A stretch of 64,000 nt of DNA from Utricularia gibba (taxonomy: Eukaryota; Plantae; Magnoliophyta): NCBI GenBank assembly GCA_002189035.1, contig CM007990.1:4526001-4590000 (forward strand). The letters are read 5' to 3'. Each line of letters begins with the position of its first letter. Positions within the stretch are counted from its first letter, which is position 1. Of this stretch, positions 1 to 12,513 are shown piece after piece. The notes under the pieces were generated by a model that searched no databases, had not been told where the DNA came from, and saw only the letters and a program-made list of their open reading frames with translations. Both the position numbers and the translations under genes were made by a program.

Positions 1-127
1 AAAATTTTTGATCTTGAGACACGTGTTCTCTGTAATGAATAGCAAGAGTTACCCTAGCTCAAGTGGGTGTAGCCCGTTGATTGAGCTAGGACGTGCATGA
101 CCCATTTGGGCGACGGAACCCGAGCAT

Positions 128-157
128 GGATCTGGATCTGGATCCGGATCCGGATCC
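128..157. repeat. Hexamer tandem repeat (GGATCT)2(GGATCC)3
   Basis: Five consecutive GGATCY units read directly from the sequence. Confidence 0.9.
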
Positions 158-700
158 CAACCGGGTTGAAGGAAAGAGCATTCTCTGAGTGAAATGTCAT
201 CTTCACGTGTCGTCGTCTCCTGCATAAAATATCAGGACAAAAAGAAAGTGGGGGCGAGCGGCGGAGGGCGGCGGGGGCTGCCAAGTTACTTACAATATTT
301 TTGTCGTATGAAATTGACTAGAGAGTAACATTTTCATAAACCTGAGAACGCACGGCCCACCGGAAACCCGACGTCGTTTGAACAGAAGGGCGGGCAGTTG
401 TTAATCAACGGTTTTAGTTGTACCAACTTGATCCATTCATTCATTCATTATAGCTGAGGTGGCAGACGCAGGGTTTTGTTTAATGGGATTGTTGTCATTA
501 TCCTGCCATCCGCCATACTGTAGTCGGCTGCATGCCGGACTGGGGTTGGCCGGCGACCGGCGAATCAAATAAGCAGGATGCGGAAGCCCATTTCTCTGCT
601 GCATCCTGCTCTATGAGTGCAGAACAGATGATGACGCCATCGGTATGCTTGTCTGTGAGGAGGGGTACTTGCCCCATACACAGATTTGGATGCATAGTTT

Positions 701-716
701 GTGTGTGTGTGTGTGT
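701..716. repeat. (GT)8 microsatellite
   Basis: Direct reading. Confidence 0.9.
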
Positions 717-2199
717 GATCTACGTGTCGCATGTATGAAAAGGTGATGACTGATTATTAAAATAAATAATTACGCATAAAAATTTGAAAATGAAATAAAT
801 TAATTATATAAAAAATTAAAAATTATTAATAATCAGCTTTATTTAATCTTTTTAATATAACTTAAATTTTTTGTGTATTTTAACTTCACATGTATTTATT
901 TAAATTATTTAATTTTTAATTTCAATATACTATTGTAGCATTTGTTTTATGATACAGCTTGAGTTACGAATATGTATTTCGTATTGATCAGAATTTCAAT
1001 TATAAAAAAATACAAAAGAAAACAAAAATAATAAAATGCATTAATTTTAAACGATAAAAATTAGATTGATGTAAACACTATCTATAATAATAAAAAAAAA
1101 AACAAGCAAATCTTAAATGAATCAAAAAATACAAGTTTGACTTGAAGGCTTGTATGAGAACAAACAATAATACATTAAAATTTGAAATTAAAATAATCGA
1201 ATATATAAAAAATCGTAAATCACTACCAATCTTCTTAATTTAATCTTTTTTAATATAATTCATATTTCATATATTAGTCCAATTCATTAAATATTTAATT
1301 TTAACACTCCCATTGCTTCTTGTGTTTCCCCATTCAAAAGCAACGGCATTAATACCAGGGAATGCATATTACATTTTAAATCCTCAAAAAATCATCAAGA
1401 TTAAAGTAGTACCAGTGGATGGACAATTAGCCACCGAACTTGGCCGGATTTCCGGACTAAACCTGTAAAGCCATTTGGGTGCCATCGTATCGGACAAACA
1501 TTGTTAACGACATCCTCAAGCAGCACATCCCATTTAAATAAATACAAAGAGCACCAACTTCCTTCTTTAGGGCATCACATCTTATCCTAATCCCCTCCCC
1601 GTCTGCAATATTCTACGCCTTGACGGTTATCTCAAACATATTCCCTTTCTTTTTTTTTTTCTTGCTAAAATATTCTATTCCCTTCTTGTGCGTGCATTTT
1701 AACAACCATTTCGGGTTGGGCGACGAGGCGCCAGAAAACTACTTTATAAAGTTGTACCGGATATGACAAAAAAAAATGAATTTAATTTTATGTCTTAATG
1801 TGTAAGATAGATAGCATAATTTAGTTAATGTAAAATTGGATCTTGATCACCTAAAGGAGTAAAAAAAGTTGAAACATTACGCAATGAGTTTCTTAATAAC
1901 CTATTTATGTCCCATGTATTAAAACACGAATAATAGAGAAGTATTTAGAAGTTTTTTTTTTTTAATAAAAAAAATTAGACACCTCAATATAAAATTGTTA
2001 TATTAATGTATGAAAGGGAAAGTAAGGATGACTAGATTTATAAATAATTTTTCAGAGGCTTTGTAACAATATCTCATATTGATTATGGATAAAAAATAAT
2101 ATTTTTAAATAAATAGACCTTCTTAACATTGTATAAGTTTTTTTTTTCAAAACAAAATAACGTAAAATTATAAGAAATTGAATGTTCGAAACTGACAAT

Positions 2200-2500
2200 A
2201 TTATGCAAAAGTAACATGAGTCGTAATATTTTCCCTATGGCATGAATTTCTATAAAATGGGAAGGTATTTTAAAAATGGTTGATTTTTTATAATGTTCAA
2301 CAATACTAATAACTTCCCTTTCATATATGGCCACACAATCAAGCTTTTTTTGAGATTAGATGCAAAAGGCATTAATTTAGGTACCACACAAAATAAGATA
2401 TTTGAAAGTTGATTTTGGATTAATGTCATTCTCCAACAATATGATAAAAATATTTTCAACCATTGGAAATTCTCTTCTTGCATAGCAACTCATCCACCCA
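2200..2500 (-). mobile_element. Possible decayed hAT transposase C-terminal (dimerisation-domain) remnant
   Basis: Minus-strand translation FPMVENIFIILL...STFKYL...*...*SQKKLDCVAIYEREVI weakly resembles the hAT C-terminal pattern FPNxxIAYRILL...SFSKLK...SQERLNGLAIxxIE. It has in-frame stops and an AT-rich context; no TIRs were found. Confidence 0.3.
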
Positions 2501-3749
2501 AGAGAGAAAAAAAATGTCCTCATTAACATGATTCTGGATGTTGATAAAGCATATATTTCAAATGGTAAGTATCCACATTGTACACAGCACATTTTTACGA
2601 AACCCTCATTTATCAATTATAAAATTAATCATGTCTGAATATAATATTTTGTCCAAAGAACTTTAGGATCAAATTTTCAATTAAATATGCATATGTAATA
2701 AGCCCATATTTCCTTTTCTTTTTTCATAACGTTGGGCATACCTAAAACGTTATAATCTGCTTTTTCTTTTCTTTTTTTTTTTCATAAAGGAACGAGGAGT
2801 GATGCTCAATGAAGGACGTCAAGGTATGCTGCTTGAAAAACGTATGAGATTGGAATTGCTTTATTAGAACATGGGAATGGCATGCAAAAAAATAACTCCA
2901 ATAAGGAATTATTTAAAATAGTTTTTACATCTAAAAAACCATTCAGTAAGTAATTATTTTAATAAAAAAACAAGAGAATTTTACGTTAAAAAGAACAAAA
3001 CTTTAAAATATGTATTTTTTATTTTTAAAAACACCCTTGAAAGTAAGACGAGACTATCCACTAAGTTTAACTATATCATCAATAAGAGCTCGTTTGATAA
3101 TCAAATATTAGTATACTTAAGTATAGTTTAATTAAGTAAACAAAAATCTATAGTTTAATTGAGTATACTTAAATTTGGAATTTACGAGGATTCTCCTAGT
3201 AATAGTAAACCAATCAAAAATAGCAACTATAGTATGGAGAATTGTATGAATGGACGGGATCTAAGTCGCCTAAAAGGGGCACCAGAGATATAAAAAAAAA
3301 TATTTTTTTAATCACATGTAATTAAATAAGTGTAAAAATTATCATATAATGTTGGTAAATATTGTGAAAAGTTTCAAACCAAATAGAATTTGTAGCATAT
3401 TGTTTTTTTTGTATTTTAAATATGTAAATCTTTGTATATTATGATCTATTTCGATTTTTCTTATATATATTATTTATTTCGTTAATTTATTTAATTATTC
3501 ACGACAAAATATAAATTTTTTACCGGGAGATCTAGATACCTAATTTGACTCCGATCTTAACATATCTTTAACATTTACCCTAACTAGCAAATTACAGCCA
3601 TTTTTTTCACTTTAGCCCTAAATTCGTGGAGTGAATGAGTGAATTGGCTACTTGCTTCCTCCATTTATACCCCTTCCCTCCTCTCACACAGCGAAACGCA
3701 TCACCAAAACTCTAACTTTCCTGAGGCCTGGGCTTCTCCGTTGACGAGA

Positions 3750-5151
3750 ATGTATCCCTTTAACGACGGCGATATTCTTCACCACCGTACGTTCTATGTG
3801 AACGGTCCGGTGATCGTCGGCGCCGGGCCGTCGGGGTTAGCGGTAGCAGCCGGTCTGAAGAAGCACGGCGTGCCCTTTCTTATCCTAGAACGCTCTGATT
3901 CCGTTGCCTCCTTGTGGAAGAACTGGACTTATGATCGGCTCCAGTTGCATCTCCCCAAAAAGTTCTGCCAACTTCCTCATATCCCTTTTCCTGGTGACTA
4001 TCCGGAGTACCCCTCCAGGGAGCAATTCATTGAGTATCTTCAGTCGTATGCGAACCACTTTGGTATCCAACCGCACTTCAACGAGTGCGTGGAATCCGCC
4101 AGGTTCGATGAGGCGTGTAATATGTGGAGGGTGAGAAGTGTCTCTCCTGAAGGGGATGTGGTTGAGTATATTTGCCAGCAGGTGGTTGTGGCGACCGGGG
4201 AGAATGCAGAGCCCGTCATGCCGGAGATTCAGGGCGTGCACGATTTTGATGGAGAAGTTATGCATGCTTGTGATTACAAGTCCGGTGAGAGTTTCAGGGG
4301 GAAGAAGGTTCTTGTCGTCGGGTGTGGGAATTCGGGGATGGAGCTTTCTCTTGATCTCTGCCTCCATGGCGCTCGCCCTGCGATGGTCGTACGGAGCTGC
4401 GTGAGTAAAAAAAAACAAGTCATGTATTATCAATGAGCAGTTCGGTAGAAAGAAACGTATTGTGTTTTCTTGCCAGGTTCATGTATTGCCGAGAGAGGTG
4501 CTCGGGAAATCGACTTTTGAGGCAGCCATGTTGATGCTCAAATGGATGCCGTTATGGCTGGTGGACAAGGTGTTGCTTGCCCTGGCATGGATTGTTATCG
4601 GAAACGTCGAAAAATACGGCCTGAAACGGCCGTCCGTCGGCCCGTTGGAGCTGAAGAACACACAAGGGAAGACCCCAGTTCTGGACAACGGGGCCCTGGA
4701 GAAGATCAAATCCGGGGAGATACAAGTTGTACCAGGAATCGAAAGACTCTCTCCAGGCTTGGTGGAGCTCGTCAATGGCGAACAGCTGAAAATCGATGCC
4801 GTTATCTTCGCCACCGGTTACAGGAGCAACGTGCCCAGGTGGCTACATGTAAGAACACCAAGAAATCCAAAAAGCTTTTAACCCCCATGTGCCCTGTAGG
4901 ATGATTTTGACACTGTCCGTGAACAGGAAACCGACATGTTTTCCGAGAAGGGTTACCCCAAATCTCCATTCCCAAATGGGTGGAAGGGAAGATCAGGACT
5001 TTATGCGGCCGGATTCACAATGAGAGGGCTATCTGGTGCATCTGCTGATGCCGTGAAGATATCAGAAGACATTGCCAGAACATGGAAAAATGAGGTGAAG
5101 CAGAAAGTACAAGAAAGCCCGTCTGTACGACGATGGATCTCCGCATTCTGA
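3750..5151 (+). CDS. YUC: YUCCA flavin monooxygenase (indole-3-pyruvate monooxygenase), YUC3/7/8/9-like; 3 exons
   Basis: Exons 3750-4400, 4477-4848 and 4927-5151, all GT-AG and phase 0. Motifs present: [29 protein letters not shown], FxGxxxHxxxYKSG, NADPH GCGNSG and ATGY. The C-terminus RRWISAF resembles the RRCISQF clade. Confidence 0.95.
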
Positions 5152-5949
5152 ATCCGGTCTATGTGTAATCTAAGCTACTTACAGTCAGTCAGCCCTCTCC
5201 ATTACGAGGCTAACATGCTCTAGCACACAGCTCTAATTATCATCTGTTCATCATTTATGCATCTGTAAAATACTAGGAATGGTATAGCACTCATCCTTCC
5301 CTGTTTCCCAATTCAACAAAAGAAAACAGCCCAAGTGGGAAGCTTTAAGTGCACAAAAGTCCAAGTATTTGAATTAATATATCCCAAGAATGGTTCTCTT
5401 TTTCATCCCAAGTGGTCCATGGCATCTTATCACATGAAAGGTCTGTGTGTGTCTTATCCCTTGCATGGAAAAGGAGGGCACTTCTACTGAATAAGATCGC
5501 TCAAGTTGTTTTCTTGTGATGGGATTAACAGGTAAGCTAAGGCTCCTTCCCTGCCATGATGAACGGAGAGATGGATCCCTCTTCTCCGTCAAAACCCACT
5601 GGTGCATTTGGTGGCTGATGACTGATTGAGGCTGTCATCTCAGAAACGTGACTGAATTGAGATCGGAGATGAAACTGAACCGCGACAAGCGTCTCCGGTC
5701 GTCTACCGGAGTTGGGCTTGGGCTACTCCGTGCCACCGGCAAGTCCACTCAGCCAGGTTTCTGGATCCTGAGCTGGTCCACCGTAGTCGGGCTAAGTCAC
5801 AGTAATGGTGGGTTGGTCCGTCGTTGTTGGGCTGGGCATGTGCTGGGTCCAGGCTCTAGACACACATTCCCATTAATTACTCATTCACAGAATCGTTTTC
5901 TGTGGTTCTTGCCGGAGAAGAAATCGGGATTTTAGGCGTGTTTTATGTC

Positions 5950-6967
5950 ATGGCCTCGATGGCAGCGACGTCGCGGTGGGTGATCGGGACTTTGGAATCC
6001 ATTCCTAGTTCCCCGGGCTTGTCGGTGTCGGTTCGGAACCAAGTTCCTCGGGTGATTAATCAGCTCAAGGGTCGTGCTACTGTGAAATCCCGAAATGTGG
6101 GGTGCGTCAAGATTCGGGCCATCAGCTCCAGTTCTTCTGGTTCTGGAATGGAAGAGGCTGTGAAAAAGACCATTGCGGAAAACGCAGTTGTTGTTTATTC
6201 CAAAACTTGGTGTGGGTAAGTGCTTGCTTGATAACGCAGTAATTGAGTCTGTTCGATGTAACTGGATGTTACGGTGGGATTTTTCATTTCAGTTATTCTT
6301 CAAGGGTAAAATCTTTGTTCAAGAAGCTGGGCGTGGAGCCTCTTATTGTGGAATTGGATGAACTAGGTGAGAATTACGACTGGGAATGCCTGGAACCTCA
6401 ATCCCATAATCTTGTTATGGCTTCAGAGTGTTCTTTTGTTTGGTAAAATAAGGCGTGAGAATGATTGTCCGGTACTAGTTATTTCACGTTAGTTATCTTC
6501 AACAAATGAACTCCTTTCAGAGCACCATTCTAGTTCAACAAATGAAAACTATATCTCAAGGCTTTATTTTAGTGAGCATCACTTTCAGGGGCGCAAGGAT
6601 CAAAGCTCCAGAGGACCTTGGAAAAGCTTACTGGGCAAGGGACAGTTCCTAATGTATTCATAGGTAGATGAATGAAGCCCCAAGCCGACAACTTCCCACC
6701 TCCATTCTTCTGATCTTTCAACCTCTAGTTTTCTGATCATCACGTTATTCCTTTAGCACTAACTAAATTTTTCGTTTGTATAGGGGGCAAGCACATCGGT
6801 GGTTGTTCAGGTGGATGCTCCTCTTTGTTCATCCGAAGACATCCTTGTTTTTACGTTGAAATGGCTAATGGATGATCTTGTTATGTTGTGCAGACACCGT
6901 TGAACTACATCAAAACGGGCAACTTCAGCCTTTGCTAGCAGAAGCGGGGGCCATCAAGTTGAACTAA
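5950..6967 (+). CDS. GRXS12: Plastid class-I glutaredoxin, GRXS12/GRXC5 type; 5 exons
   Basis: Exons 5950-6215, 6293-6366, 6589-6663, 6784-6810 and 6894-6967. Ser/Arg-rich transit peptide followed by VVVYSKTWCGYS, TVPNVFIGGKHIGGCSDT. Confidence 0.9.
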
Positions 6968-7390
6968 CTCTCACCCCCACGAAAAAAACACTTTGTGATT
7001 CTTTCCAAACAGCCTGGAGAACTCTTTTCTTATTTACTTTTTGCCCGTAGGTTACCTGTATTTGAATTTCGTTCTGGGAGGATGTGCTTCACAATATTTA
7101 ATACTTGGATGATGATAAACACCAGCTCCTTAATTTGTTTATGCTCTGTTCTAATGCTAAAGGAATGATTTTGAAAGGAGAAGACTATTCTATCTTGTGC
7201 TTCTATTAGTTTCCACTCCTCTGCCTCACTCTGTGTAATGGTTGTGTGAAGGTATATATATCGAAGGGCTTGAAACCATTTCAAATCATAACAACTTGAT
7301 CTTCGCAGATTCATTGCATACAGAGGGCGTGGTGTATAACTCATACACAATGGAATATAAGCAGGAAACTTGCGAATTACATGGGGCACA

Positions 7391-7985
7391 TCAGGTGACC
7401 ACCTCAACTTCATCTAAGGCGAAGTTGTTGGAAGTCACATTGGCGTAGTTCACTCTTTTGAACCGCACAACAACTGGGTACCGAGTCTTGGGATCCTGAG
7501 GAATTGAAGCAGTCACCAAATTTAAGCTCGGGGATCCTCAGTACATAAAAAGGATTTTATGACAGGAAACGATGTGAGCCCACCTGGTCAACAGTAACCA
7601 CGTTACCAACACCCTTGTACCAGTAAGACTCCTTCCTGAGAATTCTCACCTGCAGGTCAAAAAAAAAAGAAAAACTCTTGGATTGTCATTGAATCACAAT
7701 CTTTCTTGACTGTTTGGCTCTTGATCCTACCTGGGCTCCTCTCGGGGGCCCGACCGGTGCAGGCTTGGTGCTATCAGAAGCTTCAACGGTGGGAGTATCG
7801 GCTTCAGTAGCAACACCGGTGTCTTCCTCGGCCCTCACCACCAACCTGGAGTTCTGGAGCCGCCTACTGGCGTTGGAGTACATGCGGAGAATGGAAGGTG
7901 GCTTACCTGCGGCCACCGGAAGTGCGCGGGGCGTGGTGGAGACTGTGAAACCACAATTGGCAAATGGGGCGCTGCTGGTCGCCAT
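7391..7985 (-). CDS. PSAE: Photosystem I reaction centre subunit IV (PsaE); 3 exons
   Basis: Exons 7985-7731, 7649-7584 and 7495-7391. Transit peptide ending RLVVRA, then [41 protein letters not shown]. Confidence 0.97.
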
Positions 7986-8137
7986 GTTACTTTCCCAGAA
8001 ACTCTGTTCCTGTCTTATCTCAACACGCACTAGTATGTGATCTACGCGAGACGGCGTACCCGCATTTGAGAGGCTGTGTTGGATTTGGGTGATCCTGATA
8101 TCCATTCGAACGTTAAGCCTCCGCCCTCTGGGACGCC

Positions 8138-8146
8138 GCCACGTGG
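8138..8146. promoter_or_regulatory. G-box (GCCACGTGG) in the PsaE promoter
   Basis: Perfect extended G-box about 150 bp upstream of the PsaE ATG, typical of light-regulated photosynthesis genes. Confidence 0.65.
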
Positions 8147-8335
8147 AATTCATTATCTCTAGGATAATCTTTTTCATTTTTGTTTTTCACTTGAAAAAAT
8201 ATAACCAAAAATTCATTTCATCTATGCCGTTATTACCCTTCGCTGACCTCGGACTTATGGAGGGAGGGACATGCCCACGAGGATTCGGACCACAGGCTCT
8301 TGCGCCGCCATAGCCCATAGATCGAAAGTTCTAAC

Positions 8336-9019
8336 TAGACTTGGTTAACCGTTTTTTCAAATTAGTTCATAAATTACGATTCATTATTAACTTCGATTAT
8401 GGATTTTGAACTGACATAGGATTTTTAAACTTTAAAATGAATCTAAAACGTTCAATCGAACTAAAATCGAAATCGAACAATTTTTTTAAAGATTAATTTT
8501 CAAACATCTTCATAAATTATTATAAATGATTATAATTTATTTTTTTAGAGAGTTTTTTCGACTTTCATTACAATTGTTAAAAGTATCTAAAAACTATACT
8601 TAAAACAAAGAATGTTTTTCAAACATCGTGGATACCTATTTTTCAAGTTTACATAATTATTGATTGTTTGAAACCATTTAAAAACCGTTACGGAAGTAAG
8701 TTCATCAACTTTGAAAAGTTGATTTCATATGTATCAAAACTAAGATTTTTCAGTTTTAAATTGTTGAAATTCAGGATCTGATGTATCGAATAAATGCATA
8801 CTTGAAGTCCAAATATATAATAAATATAGATTATATTAAAAAATATTAGATACAATTAATTAATTGTAATATATAATTTCTTATATATTAAATTATTACA
8901 TTTTTATTTTTAAATGTGATATTATGTATTTTAACACAAATATCTAAAATCGACCCAATACTATAACGGCATTCACATCCCCAAATCGATTGCAGTTCGA
9001 ACCGATTACATCAACTCTA
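8336..9019. mobile_element. Non-autonomous hAT-type DNA transposon (MITE), 684 bp
   Basis: Perfect 8-bp target-site duplication GTTCTAAC at 8328-8335 and 9020-9027. Imperfect TIRs TAGACTTG.../...CAACTCTA (7/8 match). Subterminal AACCG/ATCGA motifs and an AT-rich non-coding interior. Confidence 0.8.
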
Positions 9020-9178
9020 GTTCTAACATTAACGTAAACTGAAAGGCAAGAAACCTATCTGTTCTAGGGACATGACGCACGAAGGCAGTAGAAAGGGGAC
9101 ACGACGGCAACAAAATGTGACTTCAGGAGACGATGGAAAAACACAGGGATAAGTGGCCATCCTAGTGAAGCAGCAGCA

Positions 9179-9580
9179 TCATGGGAGCGGTAGAGACCCT
9201 GGGACACCGGCGCCAGCTCCTCCTCCGACGCCGGGAGCGAAGATGCCTGCTCCTCCTATCCCGCCACCGGGCGCAACGCCGCCGCCCATAGCAGGGATGA
9301 CGCCGATGCCTCCTAAGCCACCGCTAGGCATGGTCCCAATGGCGCCGCCGACTCCTCCGTAGCTGCTGGTACCTCCGAGGCCTCCGGTTCCGAATACCCC
9401 ACCGCCGACTCCGCTGAAGGGAATGCCACGGTTGTCGACTCCGGAGTACCCACCTACTCCGCTGTAAGAAGCGAAGTTCTTCTCGTCCGCTAATCCGGCA
9501 GCACTCGGAAACTCTCTGGCCGAAGCCTGCGTCGGGTATGCGACAAGAGCACAAAAGAAGAACACCACCCACTTGCTCAT
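9179..9580 (-). CDS. Secreted glycine-rich cell-wall protein
   Basis: Single exon, 133 aa. Hydrophobic signal peptide, AR...DEKNF motif, GGxGG repeats and a C-terminal xLPxP typical of this plant family. Confidence 0.85.
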   Translation of the reverse strand: MSKWVVFFFCALVAYPTQASAREFPSAAGLADEKNFASYSGVGGYSGVDNRGIPFSGVGGGVFGTGGLGGTSSYGGVGGAIGTMPSGGLGGIGVIPAMGGGVAPGGGIGGAGIFAPGVGGGAGAGVPGSLPLP

Positions 9581-10801
9581 CCTTGCGGAAATGCGATCTC
9601 ACGACTACTCTCCAGAGAACTGTGGCCATGCACCGTGGCTATATAAAGAGAGTGGAGTGGGAGAAAGAAGGCATCCCCAGCAGCAGTTGGGGAAATTGAA
9701 TGCGTGGAGCTGATAATGCAATCCCGTCGTTCCTACAACATCATGCAATACCCCAACCTAATCGTTAAATTTCAAATTCACTAACTCGACGGTCCATTTT
9801 TATTATAACAAATAATTCCATATAGGGAAAATAAATGTGAAATAATAAAACACACAAGAGATTGCATATTATTAATAACTGATTAAAACTAATATTATGA
9901 TATATGTTTATTATGTAGTTGAATTTAAAGTGTACATATTCAATCTATCGAATTATTAATTGAACATAGAATCAGAGCGTTTTTTTTTGTACCACGACTT
10001 TGATATCTAACATAGGTTCTAAGTATTGCTTATAATCACAAAAAATAAATTTTAACCCAATTAAAGATTAATTCAACTTAAGAATGGGTATTCAAACAAA
10101 TAATTTCACATGAAAAAATGAAACTAAAATAATCACATATAAAAGAAATTATAAATTTATAATAATTAATTGATTTTAATCTTTTTAAATATAATTTATA
10201 TTTTTTATATACTTAAACTTTACGTGTTTTTAGTTTCAGCAATCTTTGCTTAAAAAAATGAAAATGTATCGATAGTGTATCATCACAGAAACGATTAGAC
10301 ACCATGGCCTGAGGCAAGCTGACATCACAAGGAGAGCTCATTCCTGAACCAATGCAATGCCATTGCCATCTTTTTCTTACCTGTTCTATAAACAATCAGC
10401 ATTAAGACAGACAATAAAGGGAGTCAGTGAGATCCGGCCGGAAAAAATTAAGTGAACGCGTTTGTGGGTCGTCCGGTCCGGTGTCGGTCCTCCGGTGGTC
10501 CGTAAAAAAATTATCCCGAGTAGACAGACAATAAACAGTTACTGCGTGCGATTTATTACCCCCACCGCGCAGTAACTGTTACAAATTAGAATCTTGTCGT
10601 GTACCTGTTTTGCGTTGCGGAGACCAGAAAGGCTTATGCAGCAGCCAGTTATAACTTCTCGACGCCCCCGGTCAACCCTAATCCCTCCATGTCTGATGTG
10701 TTGTACCAGAGGTGCATGACAGCAAGCCCCACCTGCAAACCAACAATAACTCCAACACTCTACTCACTAATGAAGAGTTATCAGCTTGAGACCTGAATTA
10801 T

Positions 10802-11607
10802 TGAGAACTATTGAAAATTAGGATAAAAACCAAACATCAAAAATGAAAAACAATCAAAAACTAAGACACGTATATACATTGTCTTAAAAGATTTATCGAT
10901 CTCTTATAATTCAAAAGATCCATTGAGAACAAGATTATAATACAATTGAATATCAGCTAGAGATGAGCTTGATCAACTCACATATGAGTGCTAGAGTCTT
11001 TAGACCCTATACATACACATTGATATGACACTTCAATCAATAAGTGATTGACAAACCAAATCTTTATTCAAAAGAAATAATTCTTCAAGAAAAGATAAAT
11101 TAGTCCTTTAGGATTGAAAATCTATGCAACCCAAACTATGAAATGGTACCACAATCACAGAATGAAGTAAGGAATTGGAAGTGATAAACTACACACTATA
11201 TACCACAAACAATGCTTGATAAGTCTAAAATTCTACAAGAACTCAAAGAAAAATCATTGCTCTCAACAAATCATTACAATAAAAGTTATCTTAAATAAGA
11301 ATGAGATACTTCTTATATAGATGAATGATTTGAACTCCTCAAAAAATAGTAATAATGTACTTAAGAATGATGAGACTCCTCTACTGAAGTTGTTATATTT
11401 TGAGAAGATTGAATTTTAAGCCAATCACCTCATGAATTTGTTGATTGGCCTATATACTCTTAAACACCTCTTGATTTATTCTTACTCTTGATCTAGTGAT
11501 TAATCCAAATGAAATCAATGGAGGTTTATTGATCTTTTATTCTTTATATTCAATGTAATCATCTCTACCATCCATGATGCAAGGTTAACTCATTTTTAAT
11601 CCCATCA
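10802..11607. mobile_element. Possible solo-LTR-like remnant
   Basis: About 800 bp non-coding block with TG...CA ends and LTR-like composition (CTTCTTATATAGA motif). I could not find a matching 5-bp TSD, so the boundaries are uncertain. Confidence 0.3.
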
Positions 11608-12174
11608 AGTTAAAAAGAATATTATTCCATATAAATTAATTAAATAAATTTCAACTAATGAGATTCCACATCTCTTCTGTAGTACAAATCTCCAACAAAT
11701 TAAACGTGTTATTTCAACAAGCAGATGGATATTTAGTGCTAAATGCTTGTGCGGACAACCCCAAAGAGGATCACAATACTCAGTTCTCTTTTGTCAAAAG
11801 AATCTATTTCCAGTTACTCCATTTGTACCATGGATCACCTTTCACCCATCTTTGCTTCAATGGCATTGAATGATAGAGAGCAAAGTTGAGAACCAAACAC
11901 AACGGACTACAAATAGCCTGTGTCAATTCAATGCCATTGACGCATCCTTTTCATGTTTATGCTTCTAAATACACAGGAAAAAAACAATGATTTCAAAAGA
12001 CGAATCCAACTGATAATGTGGCTAATCATTCTGCACAAACAGGGATTGTATATTAATTAACACACTCGCCAGGGTTCAGTTGGCAAATCCCCATAACTAA
12101 GTTATTTATAAAACAGTCCCTCAGGGCACTCACTCGCTCACTTCTTCCTACACAACACTCACTACAGCGCAGCA

Positions 12175-12513
12175 ATGGCAACGGCGGCAACCAAATCCGG
12201 TGCAGTGGCGACCATGGGACTCCTCCTCCTGGCTTTCCTCCTCGTCCCAGGCAACAAAAACACGCAGATTTGCTGCTATTTCCTCGTTCTCGTGGCGTAA
12301 GGGCGGCGCGAATCGCGACCCACTGATCAACTGCCTGTTGTTTTTGCAGGCGCGGAGGCGGATCCCCAGTGGTGGGCTTACCAGGGGCCGTGCAAGGAGT
12401 TCGCGGACTGTCGGGTACACTGCATCCAGAACGGGTTCCCCAAAGGTGGACAATGCGAGAAGACTTCTTCAGATCCAGGAGCTCCTTACAACTGCGTCTG
12501 TTTCTACAACTAG
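12175..12513 (+). CDS. Defensin-like (DEFL) cysteine-rich peptide, copy 1 (79 aa); 2 exons
   Basis: Exon 1 12175-12250 encodes the signal peptide; phase-1 GC-AG intron 12251-12349; exon 2 12350-12513 encodes GAEADPQWWAYQGPCKEFADCRVHCIQNGFPKGGQCEKTSSDPGAPYNCVCFYN. TATA-like TATTTATAAAA lies about 70 bp upstream. Confidence 0.85.

Noticed and set aside
572-610. 12-bp hairpin AGCAGGATGCGG/CTGCATCCTGCT
   Set aside because: Too short for a plant pre-miRNA and matches no miRNA family I recognise.
3885-4814. Long antisense ORFs over YUCCA (182 and 111 aa); similar ones over the PPR, DUF1677, CASPL and MAP70 genes
   Set aside because: These are shadows of codon structure on the opposite strand of well-supported genes, with no protein features.
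5556-5625. Box C (ATGATGA) ... box D (CTGA) snoRNA-like spacing
   Set aside because: No terminal stem and no recognisable rRNA antisense guide; such motifs arise by chance.
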